Of a stretch of 64,000 bases of DNA, positions 45,360-54,382 are shown in pieces. The stretch lies in NCBI GenBank assembly GCA_021818475.1, contig JAKADZ010000003.1, forward strand, positions 27,988 to 91,987, in the 5' to 3' direction. The stretch is from Nanobdellota archaeon. Its GTDB lineage: Archaea > Nanobdellota > Nanobdellia > Pacearchaeales > GW2011-AR1. A program made the translations under genes and the position numbers. Each line of letters starts with the position of its first letter. The first letter of the stretch is position 1. The notes below the pieces were generated by a model. It worked only from the letters and a program-made list of their open reading frames with translations. It did no database searches and was not told where the DNA came from.

Positions 45360-46679
45360 ATGGAAAACATTCAAAAAGAGAATTCTTCCGACCCTTCAAA
45401 AATTAAAGAAGAAAGAATAAGAAAAATAACACATTTATATTATTCCAAGCCTGAAATTCAGAAAGCAATTTTTGAATTTTCCGGAAACAGGGAAATCTCT
45501 CCCAGATATTTTGAAGGATTTGGAAAACGGCCTGATACATTTGAATATGTCGGAGATATTTTCGGACTTGTAAAAAAAGGAGCCACTTCTTTTCATTGTT
45601 CTGAAGAACTTTGGGAAAATCCCCTGAATATAATGACAAATGCAGACCGAAAAGAGCTGGATAAAATGAGAATTGGATGGGATTTGCTTTTGGATATTGA
45701 CAGCAAATACATTGATTACAGCAAGATTATGGCGAAGATAATAATTAATTTTCTTGAATTTAGCGGAGTAAAAAATGTCGGGATAAAATTTTCAGGGAGC
45801 AAAGGATTTCATATAATTGTTCCATGGAAAGCATTTCCGAAGGAAATTAACGGAGTCAAAACTTCTGATATGTTCCCGGAATGGCCGAGAATTCTTACTA
45901 AATATATCATGGAAAAAACTCATGATTATCTGATAACAGAAATTACAAAACTTCATTTTCCTGATTCAAAATATGTAAAAGACAGGGAAGCCCCGAAAGA
46001 AGTTATGCCCGATTTGATTCTTGTTTCACCGCGTCATCTTTTCAGAATGCCTTATTCCCTTCACGAAAAAACTTCACTTGCAAGTGTTGTAATTGACAAA
46101 AATAAAATTATGGAATTTCAGCCAAAAGATGCCGACCCGTTCAAAGTCGAGGTAAAAAATTTTTCTCCGAACTGTAGGGAAGGCGAAGCAACCCAACTAT
46201 TAATGCAGGCTCTTGATTGGAATAAAGAAAATTCTTTTGAAGAGGAAAAGAAAACTTTTGAATTCAGGCCTGTTCAGATTACTGACCGTTCAGAAAAAAA
46301 TTTTCCCCCTTGCGTAAAACAGATACTTCTCGGAATTAAAGACGGAAAAAAGCGTGCCTTGTTTTTTCTGATAAATTTTTTCCGCTCAATCGGAGTTGAT
46401 AAGGAGGAACTGGAAAAAATAATTTATTCATGGAACGAAAAAAATCAGCCGCCTCTTCAGGCAGGTTACATTAAATCACAGATTTCCTGGGCCTTAAGGA
46501 AAAAACCAATCATGCCCCCAAATTGCAGAGAGTTCTATCAGGGAATAGGAGTTTGCGCTTTTGATGACGCTCTTTGCAGGAAAATAAAAAATCCGATTAA
46601 TTATGTAATCAGAAAAAATTTTGCTTCTGCAAAAAGAAAATCATCGAAAAATAAAGATAATTTTAAAAATAAGGATTGA
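45360..46679 (+). CDS. priS: DNA primase: PriS catalytic domain fused to a PriL-CTD-like Fe-S domain
   Basis: PriS motifs LLLDIDS (DxD) and FSGSKGFHIIVPW; the C-terminal ~150 aa carry FPPCVKQILLG (the PPCM-like PriL-CTD motif) plus further Cys (CREF, CAFDDALC). Confidence 0.7.
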   Translation: MENIQKENSSDPSKIKEERIRKITHLYYSKPEIQKAIFEFSGNREISPRYFEGFGKRPDTFEYVGDIFGLVKKGATSFHCSEELWENPLNIMTNADRKELDKMRIGWDLLLDIDSKYIDYSKIMAKIIINFLEFSGVKNVGIKFSGSKGFHIIVPWKAFPKEINGVKTSDMFPEWPRILTKYIMEKTHDYLITEITKLHFPDSKYVKDREAPKEVMPDLILVSPRHLFRMPYSLHEKTSLASVVIDKNKIMEFQPKDADPFKVEVKNFSPNCREGEATQLLMQALDWNKENSFEEEKKTFEFRPVQITDRSEKNFPPCVKQILLGIKDGKKRALFFLINFFRSIGVDKEELEKIIYSWNEKNQPPLQAGYIKSQISWALRKKPIMPPNCREFYQGIGVCAFDDALCRKIKNPINYVIRKNFASAKRKSSKNKDNFKNKD

Positions 46680-48454
46680 TTAAAATAACTATGAAAAAAA
46701 AGGTGTTTGTAATTTTCTTTTTCCTATTAATACTATCTGCATTCTTTATCTCTGCAGAAACAAATCAAAGTGTTGATGACAAAGGTTATTCATGTCTGTT
46801 AAGCAAGGTCACTAATAATTGTGCATCTCTCTCAACAGAAGAAAAAATATTTTCATTATTGGCAGTCGGACAGTGCAAAACAGAATTGCTTTCAGATTCA
46901 TCAGGAAATCAGTGCTGGCCTCAGTCGGGATGTACAATAAAGACAACCGCTCAGGCAATTATGGCATTAAGCCAGACCGGTTCTGACACTTCGCAGGCAG
47001 AAAGCTGGCTATCTTCACGGAATATGACTTATCCTAATATTGACTGGTTATTGCAAATCGATACAACAAATTCAACTTCGTGTACTGCAAATTATTTAGG
47101 GGGAACTTATTCTTTTTCAACTAATGAAGATAAAACATTAAGCGGGAGTGCAGGAAGCTGTTTGAGTTTATACCAAAATTATTGGCTGAAAATTTCTCCA
47201 AACTGTTATAATCAGGATATTCAGATATCATGTTCTGATTCTTTTATGACTTCCTTACTGTACAAGAAAAAAACTTCCGATACCGTTTATGTTTCAGATA
47301 AAACTGTTTCTGCAGCAGGTGAAGGAACAACAACTGAAAGAGTAAACTCTCTGTGTTTTTCTTCTGACGGCAGTTCATGCGATTATGAAGGGACTTTGTG
47401 GGCTGCATTAGTTTTGAAATCACGTGGGAAAGATGTTTCTGCATACATCCCCTATCTGATTGCTTTGGCAGATGATAACTCAAAGTATGTTCCATACTCT
47501 TTTATTTATTCTTTAACAGGAAATTTCAGAACAGACTTGCTTGCACAGCAGCAGCAAAATCAGTGGTGGTCTGCATCGGGTGATAAAATATATGACACTG
47601 CAGTTGCTCTTCTCCCTTTCCAGAATGAAAATTCTCTTCTTGAAAAAACAAACTCTCAAAACTGGCTGACTCAGATTCAGGGAACTGACGGATGCTGGCA
47701 GGATAATATAAGAAATACTGCATTCATCCTTTATTCATTATGGCCTAGACAGGTTTCTACACAGATTTCTCCTGATTGTCAGAACTCAGGAAATTATTGT
47801 ACTTCAAGTGCATTATGTTCTTCTGTGTCAGGCAATGTATTAAGTAATTATAGTGGATGTTTCGGGACAAATGTCTGCTGTGATAAACAGCCGCCTACCC
47901 CAAGTTGCGCAGATCAAAATGGGCAGATATGTTCTTCTGGGCAGACATGCATTGGGGGAACAACGGTAAGTTCATCTGATACAACTTCCTTGACTTCATG
48001 CTGTATAAACGGAAATTGCGGGACTCCGACAACTTCCGATTGTGAATTAAATAATGGTGTTTGTAAAAGTTCCTGTGCAACAAATGAGCAGTTTGCTTCT
48101 TATTCCTGTTCTTCGGGAGTATGCTGTATCGCTAAACCTGCTGCAACTACATCAAATGTTTTGTTGATAATTCTTCTTGTTGTGCTGATTGTTTTGGTTG
48201 CATTGGGGATAATCTTCCGAAATAAACTAAGAATACTTTGGCTTAAATTTAAATCAAAAGGGAAAGGCAAACCTTCAGCGGTAGCAGGAGGTCCAAGATT
48301 CCCTCCAACCTCTTCGGCAAAAGTTTATCCTGGAGCAATTCCGCGAAAGATAATCACTCCTCAGCAGCCACAGAGAATGCCTGTGAGACCCATGGCCAAG
48401 AATAAACCTGAATATGACGAAGTACTCAAGAAATTAAAAGAAATGGGCAAATAA
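46676..48454 (+). CDS. type I membrane surface protein: alpha/alpha-toroid-like repeats, Cys-rich modules, TM, basic Pro-rich tail
   Basis: Signal peptide; repeated QAIMAL / WAALVL / DTAVALL / NTAFILYSL helices; CADQNGQICSSGQTC...CELNNGVCKSSC; TM LLIILLVVLIVLVALGIIF. Confidence 0.45.
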   Translation: MIKITMKKKVFVIFFFLLILSAFFISAETNQSVDDKGYSCLLSKVTNNCASLSTEEKIFSLLAVGQCKTELLSDSSGNQCWPQSGCTIKTTAQAIMALSQTGSDTSQAESWLSSRNMTYPNIDWLLQIDTTNSTSCTANYLGGTYSFSTNEDKTLSGSAGSCLSLYQNYWLKISPNCYNQDIQISCSDSFMTSLLYKKKTSDTVYVSDKTVSAAGEGTTTERVNSLCFSSDGSSCDYEGTLWAALVLKSRGKDVSAYIPYLIALADDNSKYVPYSFIYSLTGNFRTDLLAQQQQNQWWSASGDKIYDTAVALLPFQNENSLLEKTNSQNWLTQIQGTDGCWQDNIRNTAFILYSLWPRQVSTQISPDCQNSGNYCTSSALCSSVSGNVLSNYSGCFGTNVCCDKQPPTPSCADQNGQICSSGQTCIGGTTVSSSDTTSLTSCCINGNCGTPTTSDCELNNGVCKSSCATNEQFASYSCSSGVCCIAKPAATTSNVLLIILLVVLIVLVALGIIFRNKLRILWLKFKSKGKGKPSAVAGGPRFPPTSSAKVYPGAIPRKIITPQQPQRMPVRPMAKNKPEYDEVLKKLKEMGK

Positions 48455-48652
48455 TTATTTTTTATTCTTTTCAATTTTAAATTCTAAATTTGACTTTGGT
48501 TCTTTTGGGTAAAGAAGGGGAATAATTCCTCTGTTTTGAATTTTATCTAACTCATCTAATCTTTTTCTGGCAGCCCAATAATTTTCATTCATGTAAACTT
48601 CATTCATATTATAATCTATAAAAATAAACTTTATTAACTTAATTTATTTTTA

Positions 48653-49915
48653 TTGTTTATGAAAAAGAATGTGATAATATTTTTTTGGATAATCTTAATT
48701 TTATTTCCGTTTATTTCTGCAGTTGAGTTTAATATAAACCAAAATTTCAGTCAGGGTGAAACAATAATTGCAAAACTTTCGGGAAACTTTTTGACTCCGG
48801 TTACAAATGATAATCTTTTATTTTACAAAGGACATGTCCAGATACCGATGGTTTATGACGTGGTAAAAGCAGGAACTGATTATTATTTTTATGCTTTGAC
48901 AACAGGTAAGTCTCCGGATAATTATTCAGTTTCGGTTCAAAATGTTCAATATACAAAAGGAACAGGTGTCAGCTCGGATAATCTAGCAGCAAATTTTTCA
49001 ATATTAAATACTACTGCAGCTTTTTCTGTCAATCCCGGAGTTATTTCAACTTCAGGAGATTTCAGCCTTGAAATTCAGAATCTGCTGGACAATCAAATTA
49101 ATGTAAATGTAAACACACAGACAAATAATTCTGTCAGGGAAATTTTTATTTCCGGTTCTCAAAGCTCGTCACTCTCTCTAAATTCAGGGGAGACTAAACA
49201 GATAGATTTCACTTTGGGGGACGGAGATTCAGGGCTTACTATGATTGGATTAAGTTCAGGAAATTTCAGTTATCAGATTCCTGTTTATATACTCTCTTCC
49301 TCTAAGACTGCTTCAGCACAGTCATTTGGAATGGATCCTCCCCAGTTATATCTTTCAGTTCCGACAAATACAACATTAACAAGGACTGTTCTGTTTTATA
49401 ACACGGGGGATGTTGACCTTCAGAATATTTCTCTTTCCCTTTCTGACTCATTAACTTCTTCAATGAATCTCTCGACTTATACAATAAATAATTTAAGTTC
49501 AAAATCAGGGACTCAGTTTGATTTATCCTTTTTTTCTTCCTCTGCAGGAACAGTTGAAGGGTATCTGAAGGCAAAATCGGGGGATTTATCAAATTCTTTT
49601 TTTGTCTCTCTTAATTTTATTAATAATTATACCACAAATCAAAGTGAATCTATTCTGACAAAAACCTGCGCAGAATTTAATGGGACTGTTTGTTCTTCCG
49701 ATGAGCAATGTGACCGAACTCCTGTTTACGCAAAAGATAGTGTATGCTGTCTGGGGTCCTGCATTCAGTCACAGGGAGGTTCATCAGGACAGACTGTAGG
49801 AATAATCCTTTTGGGGGTGGTAATTTTGGCAATTATTTTTTTCTACATAAGATATAAAAAAGCAAAGAGAAAACCCGTTAATCTGTTGGAAGTAGCAAAG
49901 GGGAAAAAGTTCTAA
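48653..49915 (+). CDS. type I membrane surface protein: Ig-like domains, Cys-rich module, TM anchor
   Basis: Signal peptide; CAEFNGTVCSSDEQCDRTP...CCLGSC module; TM VGIILLGVVILAIIFFYI; basic tail. Confidence 0.45.
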   Translation: MFMKKNVIIFFWIILILFPFISAVEFNINQNFSQGETIIAKLSGNFLTPVTNDNLLFYKGHVQIPMVYDVVKAGTDYYFYALTTGKSPDNYSVSVQNVQYTKGTGVSSDNLAANFSILNTTAAFSVNPGVISTSGDFSLEIQNLLDNQINVNVNTQTNNSVREIFISGSQSSSLSLNSGETKQIDFTLGDGDSGLTMIGLSSGNFSYQIPVYILSSSKTASAQSFGMDPPQLYLSVPTNTTLTRTVLFYNTGDVDLQNISLSLSDSLTSSMNLSTYTINNLSSKSGTQFDLSFFSSSAGTVEGYLKAKSGDLSNSFFVSLNFINNYTTNQSESILTKTCAEFNGTVCSSDEQCDRTPVYAKDSVCCLGSCIQSQGGSSGQTVGIILLGVVILAIIFFYIRYKKAKRKPVNLLEVAKGKKF

Positions 49916-49983
49916 ACTTTATTGCCTATTTTTTAAAACTGTGTTTGTAAACATTTGGACTTTCAATCAAAAGATAATATTTT

Positions 49984-50199
49984 TTAAACAAGTAAATTAA
50001 GATACCTTCCTGTTTTTTCGTGTTCAATTAATTTTCCCTGTGAACTATATATCCCGGAAATTTTACTTTTCTCCTCTTCAAATCTTTTTTTAATTTTTCT
50101 TTCGAGTTGCAATTCAGAAATTTTTCCTGCATCAATAGTTTGTTTTATTGGCTGATAAAAATACCCTGTAAAACTCGTTATCGTAAGAATGTCGCTCAT
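49984..50199 (-). CDS. hypothetical small protein
   Basis: ORF only. Confidence 0.3.
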   Translation of the reverse strand: MSDILTITSFTGYFYQPIKQTIDAGKISELQLERKIKKRFEEEKSKISGIYSSQGKLIEHEKTGRYLNLLV

Positions 50200-50696
50200 T
50201 TTCTTTTCTTTTTCTTTGGTTCAGCGTTTTCAGATTTTTTTTCTTCCCGCTCTTTCTTTTCCTGTTTCATCTCCATAGCTTCTTTCAGTCTTCTTTCAAG
50301 AATAGTTTTTTCATTCTGTAAAATTCTGGCAATCTCTTCATATCCGTGGAGCCTTCTTGTAAGCTCACTCAAGACATCGCTAAGTTCAGCATTTGTGAAG
50401 GATAAATTTTGTGGGGAAATTATCTCTATATAAGCGGGCATATATTTGAACATTAAAATTGTAAGGTAAAGAAGATTTTCTGTTTCAATTTCTACTTCTG
50501 CAAAACTGGTGTAAAAGTCTTTCTGGTCTTTCATTAAGACCGGTTCATTTATTTTAACACTTTTTATTGATACTCCCTTTTCTTCCCCTATATTTTTGAC
50601 CAATCCATTAAGAGTTTCAGTTAAAAATTCAGGGGGTCTGCCAAGTATTTCAAGAACAAACATCGAATTTATTTTTTTATTTTCAGTTGAACTCAT
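50196..50696 (-). CDS. hypothetical protein with K/E-rich C-terminus, co-oriented with and overlapping the ComEA-like gene
   Basis: 166-aa ORF. Confidence 0.4.
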   Translation of the reverse strand: MSSTENKKINSMFVLEILGRPPEFLTETLNGLVKNIGEEKGVSIKSVKINEPVLMKDQKDFYTSFAEVEIETENLLYLTILMFKYMPAYIEIISPQNLSFTNAELSDVLSELTRRLHGYEEIARILQNEKTILERRLKEAMEMKQEKKEREEKKSENAEPKKKKRK

Positions 50697-51207
50697 TTTT
50701 TCTTTTTCTTCCTTTTAATAAAAGCAACGCCCCAAAGATTATTCCCATGGCAATAAGGCCATAAAAAGGCAAATTCTTTTTCAAAACTTCTGAATTATTT
50801 TCCGTTTTTATAGTTTTTGCATTTAGAATAATCGGTGTTGAACTTGTAGTAATCTCTTCTTTGGAATTATTAATCAGGTAAATCCCCTCATCTGAAATAT
50901 TTTCTTCAGCGTGACTTTGAACTGAATAATTTTTAGCAACAGGCAAGTCCTCGCTGACACAGGCCAGCTCCTGTTCTTTTATTTTTGTTAAAGTAGAGTT
51001 TCCAATTCCTTTTACTTTAATCATATCTTCAACACTGCTAAATGGTCTTGATTCAATAATTGCCATCGCTTTGACACTTCCTATTCCTGCAAGCTTGTCA
51101 AGGTCATCGGCAGAAGCAGAATTTATATCAATTTGGGAGGAATTGCATGAAGCAGAAATCGTTGACAATAAAAAAATAAAAATTAATAACTCTCCTGATT
51201 TAATCAT
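50683..51207 (-). CDS. comEA: ComEA-like helix-hairpin-helix DNA-binding protein (signal peptide, C-terminal TM)
   Basis: DINSASADDLDKLAGIGSVKAMAIIESRPFSSVEDMIKVKGIGNSTLTKI is a canonical tandem HhH ComEA motif; C-terminal TM GLIAMGIIFGALLLL. Confidence 0.65.
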   Translation of the reverse strand: MIKSGELLIFIFLLSTISASCNSSQIDINSASADDLDKLAGIGSVKAMAIIESRPFSSVEDMIKVKGIGNSTLTKIKEQELACVSEDLPVAKNYSVQSHAEENISDEGIYLINNSKEEITTSSTPIILNAKTIKTENNSEVLKKNLPFYGLIAMGIIFGALLLLKGRKRKNEFN

Positions 51208-51231
51208 ACTAAAAATAACTTCATATAATTT

Positions 51232-51798
51232 TTATTCTTTGTGATACTTTTCCCTGAAATCAAGATATTCAATTCCTCTTCCTTCCAGCAATTTCATTGC
51301 TGGCGAAATGGATTTCCTATTCATTTCCTTCCCTTTTTTTGATTTCCTTGCAATTAAAATTCTTGAAAAAATTTTATTCTCCAGAAGCCATAAACACATG
51401 CCCTTTTCAATTTGGTCAAGATACCCATTCGCTTTTACTTCTACTCCAATAACTTCATAACTTCCATTGTCATCTTCTTTAATTTTGCTTTCAGGAATTA
51501 ATGTTCCGTCAATCATTTCTTCCTCCTCTTTTTTTTCTATTCTTCTAAAACAGACAAAATCCGGAAATCCTGTTCCTATCGTCATGGCTTTCATAAATGG
51601 ATTATATTTTCTTTTTGAAGGAACCAATTTTCCTGTATTTCCGTTTTTATCATAATCAACGGTATTCATCCATTTGCTGACAATCCACCCCAAATTTTCA
51701 AGTTCCTGCCTGGCTTTTGCTTCAAATCTTTGCCCGGCAGCGCGATTCTTTTTTCCTTGTTTTGATTTTTCAGAAGAAGCACCTTCTTTTTTTTCCAT
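51232..51798 (-). CDS. PD-(D/E)xK nuclease, Hjc (Holliday-junction resolvase)-like with an insertion
   Basis: GQRFEAKARQELENLGW...GFPDFVCF...IGVEVKANG matches the G..ERE..L-GF/D.IA/.EVK Hjc pattern. Confidence 0.4.
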   Translation of the reverse strand: MEKKEGASSEKSKQGKKNRAAGQRFEAKARQELENLGWIVSKWMNTVDYDKNGNTGKLVPSKRKYNPFMKAMTIGTGFPDFVCFRRIEKKEEEEMIDGTLIPESKIKEDDNGSYEVIGVEVKANGYLDQIEKGMCLWLLENKIFSRILIARKSKKGKEMNRKSISPAMKLLEGRGIEYLDFREKYHKE

Positions 51799-51828
51799 GA
51801 TATTCTTTTGAGATGAAACTTTATATTT

Positions 51829-52689
51829 TTATTTATAACCAATCATATTCAGAATTTTAGAGACGACATCACTTTTGTTCATGCAATAAAAATGAATCCC
51901 CCTTGCCCCGTTTGTTCTTAGTTCATCTGCCTGCAATGCCGCATAATGTATCCCATATCTCTCAATATCTTCTGGTTTATCCTCCAGCGTTTCAAGTTTA
52001 TTCATTAATTTTTTTGGAAGTTCATGCCCGCTAAGTGCAGCCATCTTTTTTATCTGGTGATAATTTGTTATCGGCATAATTCCCGGGATAATAGGAATTT
52101 TTATCCCTGCTTTTTCGGTCCTTTCAATAAATTCATAAAATTTTTCATTATCCAAAAATAATTGTGTAATCAAAAAATCAGTTCCGGCATCAACTTTCTT
52201 CTTCAGATTTTCTATATCCTCCTCAAGGGATAAAGATTCCAAATGCCCCTGCGGGTAACAAGCTCCGCCAATGCAAAATCCGTTGCTTCTTTTCACAAAA
52301 GAAACTAAATCACTTGCATAATTAAAATCGTTCTGATACTGTTCCAGTTTTTTTCCATTCGGCAAATCCCCCCTTAATGCAAGAACATTTTCGATCCCCC
52401 GTCTTTTAAGTTCCCCCAAGATTTCTTTTATTTCTTCTTTATTTGAATTAATGCAGGTTAAATGAGCCAATACTTCCGTATTAAAAAAAGTTTTTACAAC
52501 AGAAGCTACGTCGACGCTTTTGTCTTTTGTGCTTCCTCCTGCCCCATATGTAACTGATATCCAGTCAGGATTGTATTTTCTTAATTGTGAGATTGTCATA
52601 ACTAAGCTTTCAAATTCCCCTTCTTTCTTTGGAGGAAATATTTCAAAAGATAATGTTCTTTTTTCAGAAAGAATATCTTTAATTTTCAT
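51829..52689 (-). CDS. metF: 5,10-methylenetetrahydrofolate reductase
   Basis: SFEIFPPK, VTYGAGGST, HLTC, ALRGD. Confidence 0.8.
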   Translation of the reverse strand: MKIKDILSEKRTLSFEIFPPKKEGEFESLVMTISQLRKYNPDWISVTYGAGGSTKDKSVDVASVVKTFFNTEVLAHLTCINSNKEEIKEILGELKRRGIENVLALRGDLPNGKKLEQYQNDFNYASDLVSFVKRSNGFCIGGACYPQGHLESLSLEEDIENLKKKVDAGTDFLITQLFLDNEKFYEFIERTEKAGIKIPIIPGIMPITNYHQIKKMAALSGHELPKKLMNKLETLEDKPEDIERYGIHYAALQADELRTNGARGIHFYCMNKSDVVSKILNMIGYK

Positions 52690-52739
52690 AAAAAAAATTA
52701 CCCTGGATTATTTATAATTTTTATTGCAATAGGAATCAA

Positions 52740-52925
52740 TTAAATGTCACGTCCCTGCAAAGTTCTGCGACCATTTAATTTTGCTCTTCTGATTCCTTCT
52801 CTTAGAATATCTTCAACTTTTTTTTCGAGTTCAACACCCACTTCGTCAGAAACAGAAGAAATTTCTCCTGCTTTGTCAAGTTCCCGGATAACTTTTCGGA
52901 TATTTGATTTTATAATTAATGCCAT
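52740..52925 (-). CDS. archaeal histone-fold protein
   Basis: 61 aa; IRKVIREL...VSDEVGVELEKKVEDILREGIRRAKLNGRRTLQGRDI matches the HMf-type histone fold. Confidence 0.6.
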   Translation of the reverse strand: MALIIKSNIRKVIRELDKAGEISSVSDEVGVELEKKVEDILREGIRRAKLNGRRTLQGRDI

Positions 52926-53720
52926 TTATTTTCCTCCTGCTTTTTTCACATTCTCTTCAAAGTCTTTTATAACTGCTTTAAGCTGTTCAACTTCTTTTTC
53001 AGAAACCTTATATTCCTCATGGACAATTTTGTTATGTAATATTTCAATCTTATTTATTTTTTCTTTAGTATCGTATTTTATCAGATTGTTATCAAGCAAA
53101 AGATTTGATGCCCCCTTTAAATCAATTGATTCGTCTTCTTCTATTGAGATATTCATTCTTTCAACAATTGCATTTTTTACCACAGAATCTAAGATTAGAT
53201 AATATCTCAGGAATTCTGATACGTTGTCTTTTGTCGGAGGCTCTAATTTTAATTTTTCTATTTCCTCTTCAAGTTCCATTGAATCATTTTCCCTGTCCTT
53301 CCTTTCAGACCATATTGAAGCAAAAATGCCAAAGACCGCGAAGAATAATGAAAGGATGCTAAGGATAATTCCCTGAACAAATAAAGATTGGAAAAATAAA
53401 ATTATCATTATGTAAAATGGGGACAGGAATGAAATAAACCAGAGAATAGAAGCGATGCTATTCATGTACCTTTTCATTCTGTTTAAAGGATCCTGAACTA
53501 TGTAATTAACTCCATAAAAATAAATTGATAAAAACTGAATTAAAATAATAAAATTGACAAACTGTTCAGGCGAAACATCCATCCAGAAAACATTGAAAGT
53601 TATTCCAGAGGAAAAAAGCTGGACTATAGATTCCTTAAGCGTAAAAATTATTAAAAGAAACGAAAGTGCATAAACTACCTTGCTGTCAATAAATGCAAAA
53701 AATTTATTTTCGTCTGCCAT
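52926..53720 (-). CDS. membrane protein with a C-terminal soluble domain, hypothetical
   Basis: 264-aa ORF with 4 TM helices. Confidence 0.4.
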   Translation of the reverse strand: MADENKFFAFIDSKVVYALSFLLIIFTLKESIVQLFSSGITFNVFWMDVSPEQFVNFIILIQFLSIYFYGVNYIVQDPLNRMKRYMNSIASILWFISFLSPFYIMIILFFQSLFVQGIILSILSLFFAVFGIFASIWSERKDRENDSMELEEEIEKLKLEPPTKDNVSEFLRYYLILDSVVKNAIVERMNISIEEDESIDLKGASNLLLDNNLIKYDTKEKINKIEILHNKIVHEEYKVSEKEVEQLKAVIKDFEENVKKAGGK

Positions 53721-53773
53721 AATTCCCTCTTTTACTAATTATCCTAACGATTAATTATTTATTAATCTTGTCA

Positions 53774-54382
53774 TTAAATCAGTCCGACTTCTTCCTTAAT
53801 TTTTTTTATCGATTCTATCCCTACCTCAAAAAATTCATCAAGGGAAATTCCTGTTTTTTCTATTTCACTTATTATCCTTCTGTCGCATCCTGCAGCAAAT
53901 GCTTTATCTTTGAATTTTTTCTTTAATCCTTTAGCTTCCATATCTGAAATCTTTCCACTCCTCATCAGAGCATAAGCATGAATCAGTCCCGTAAGGGTTT
54001 CAGCAGCAGCAAGAGCAAATTCAATTTTCTCTGTTCTTTGTTTTTCAGAAAATACTGGTATATCTTTATGCCCGTAAGCATGGCTCTGGATTATCTGAAT
54101 AAACTTTTCATCAAATCCTGCTTCTTTCAGAATTTTTTCTGCCTTGATTGTGTGTTCTGCCCAATTATCTTTTGTAATGCTCCAATCCACATCATGCAGC
54201 AGCCCAAGCATTCCAAAATAATTTTCATCTTCTCCGAATTTTTTTGCAAGTCCGCGCATAATAGCTTCGCTTTCTAAATAATGATTCATATCCGAATTTA
54301 ATTGAGGATATTTTTTTAGAATTTCAACAGCCTTTTCTCTTGAAATCGGAAGATTCATTTTATTTTTCCTTTCGCTCGGCAT
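53774..54382 (-). CDS. HD-domain phosphohydrolase
   Basis: LLHDVDW and HAYGHKD (HD motif). Confidence 0.7.
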   Translation of the reverse strand: MPSERKNKMNLPISREKAVEILKKYPQLNSDMNHYLESEAIMRGLAKKFGEDENYFGMLGLLHDVDWSITKDNWAEHTIKAEKILKEAGFDEKFIQIIQSHAYGHKDIPVFSEKQRTEKIEFALAAAETLTGLIHAYALMRSGKISDMEAKGLKKKFKDKAFAAGCDRRIISEIEKTGISLDEFFEVGIESIKKIKEEVGLI

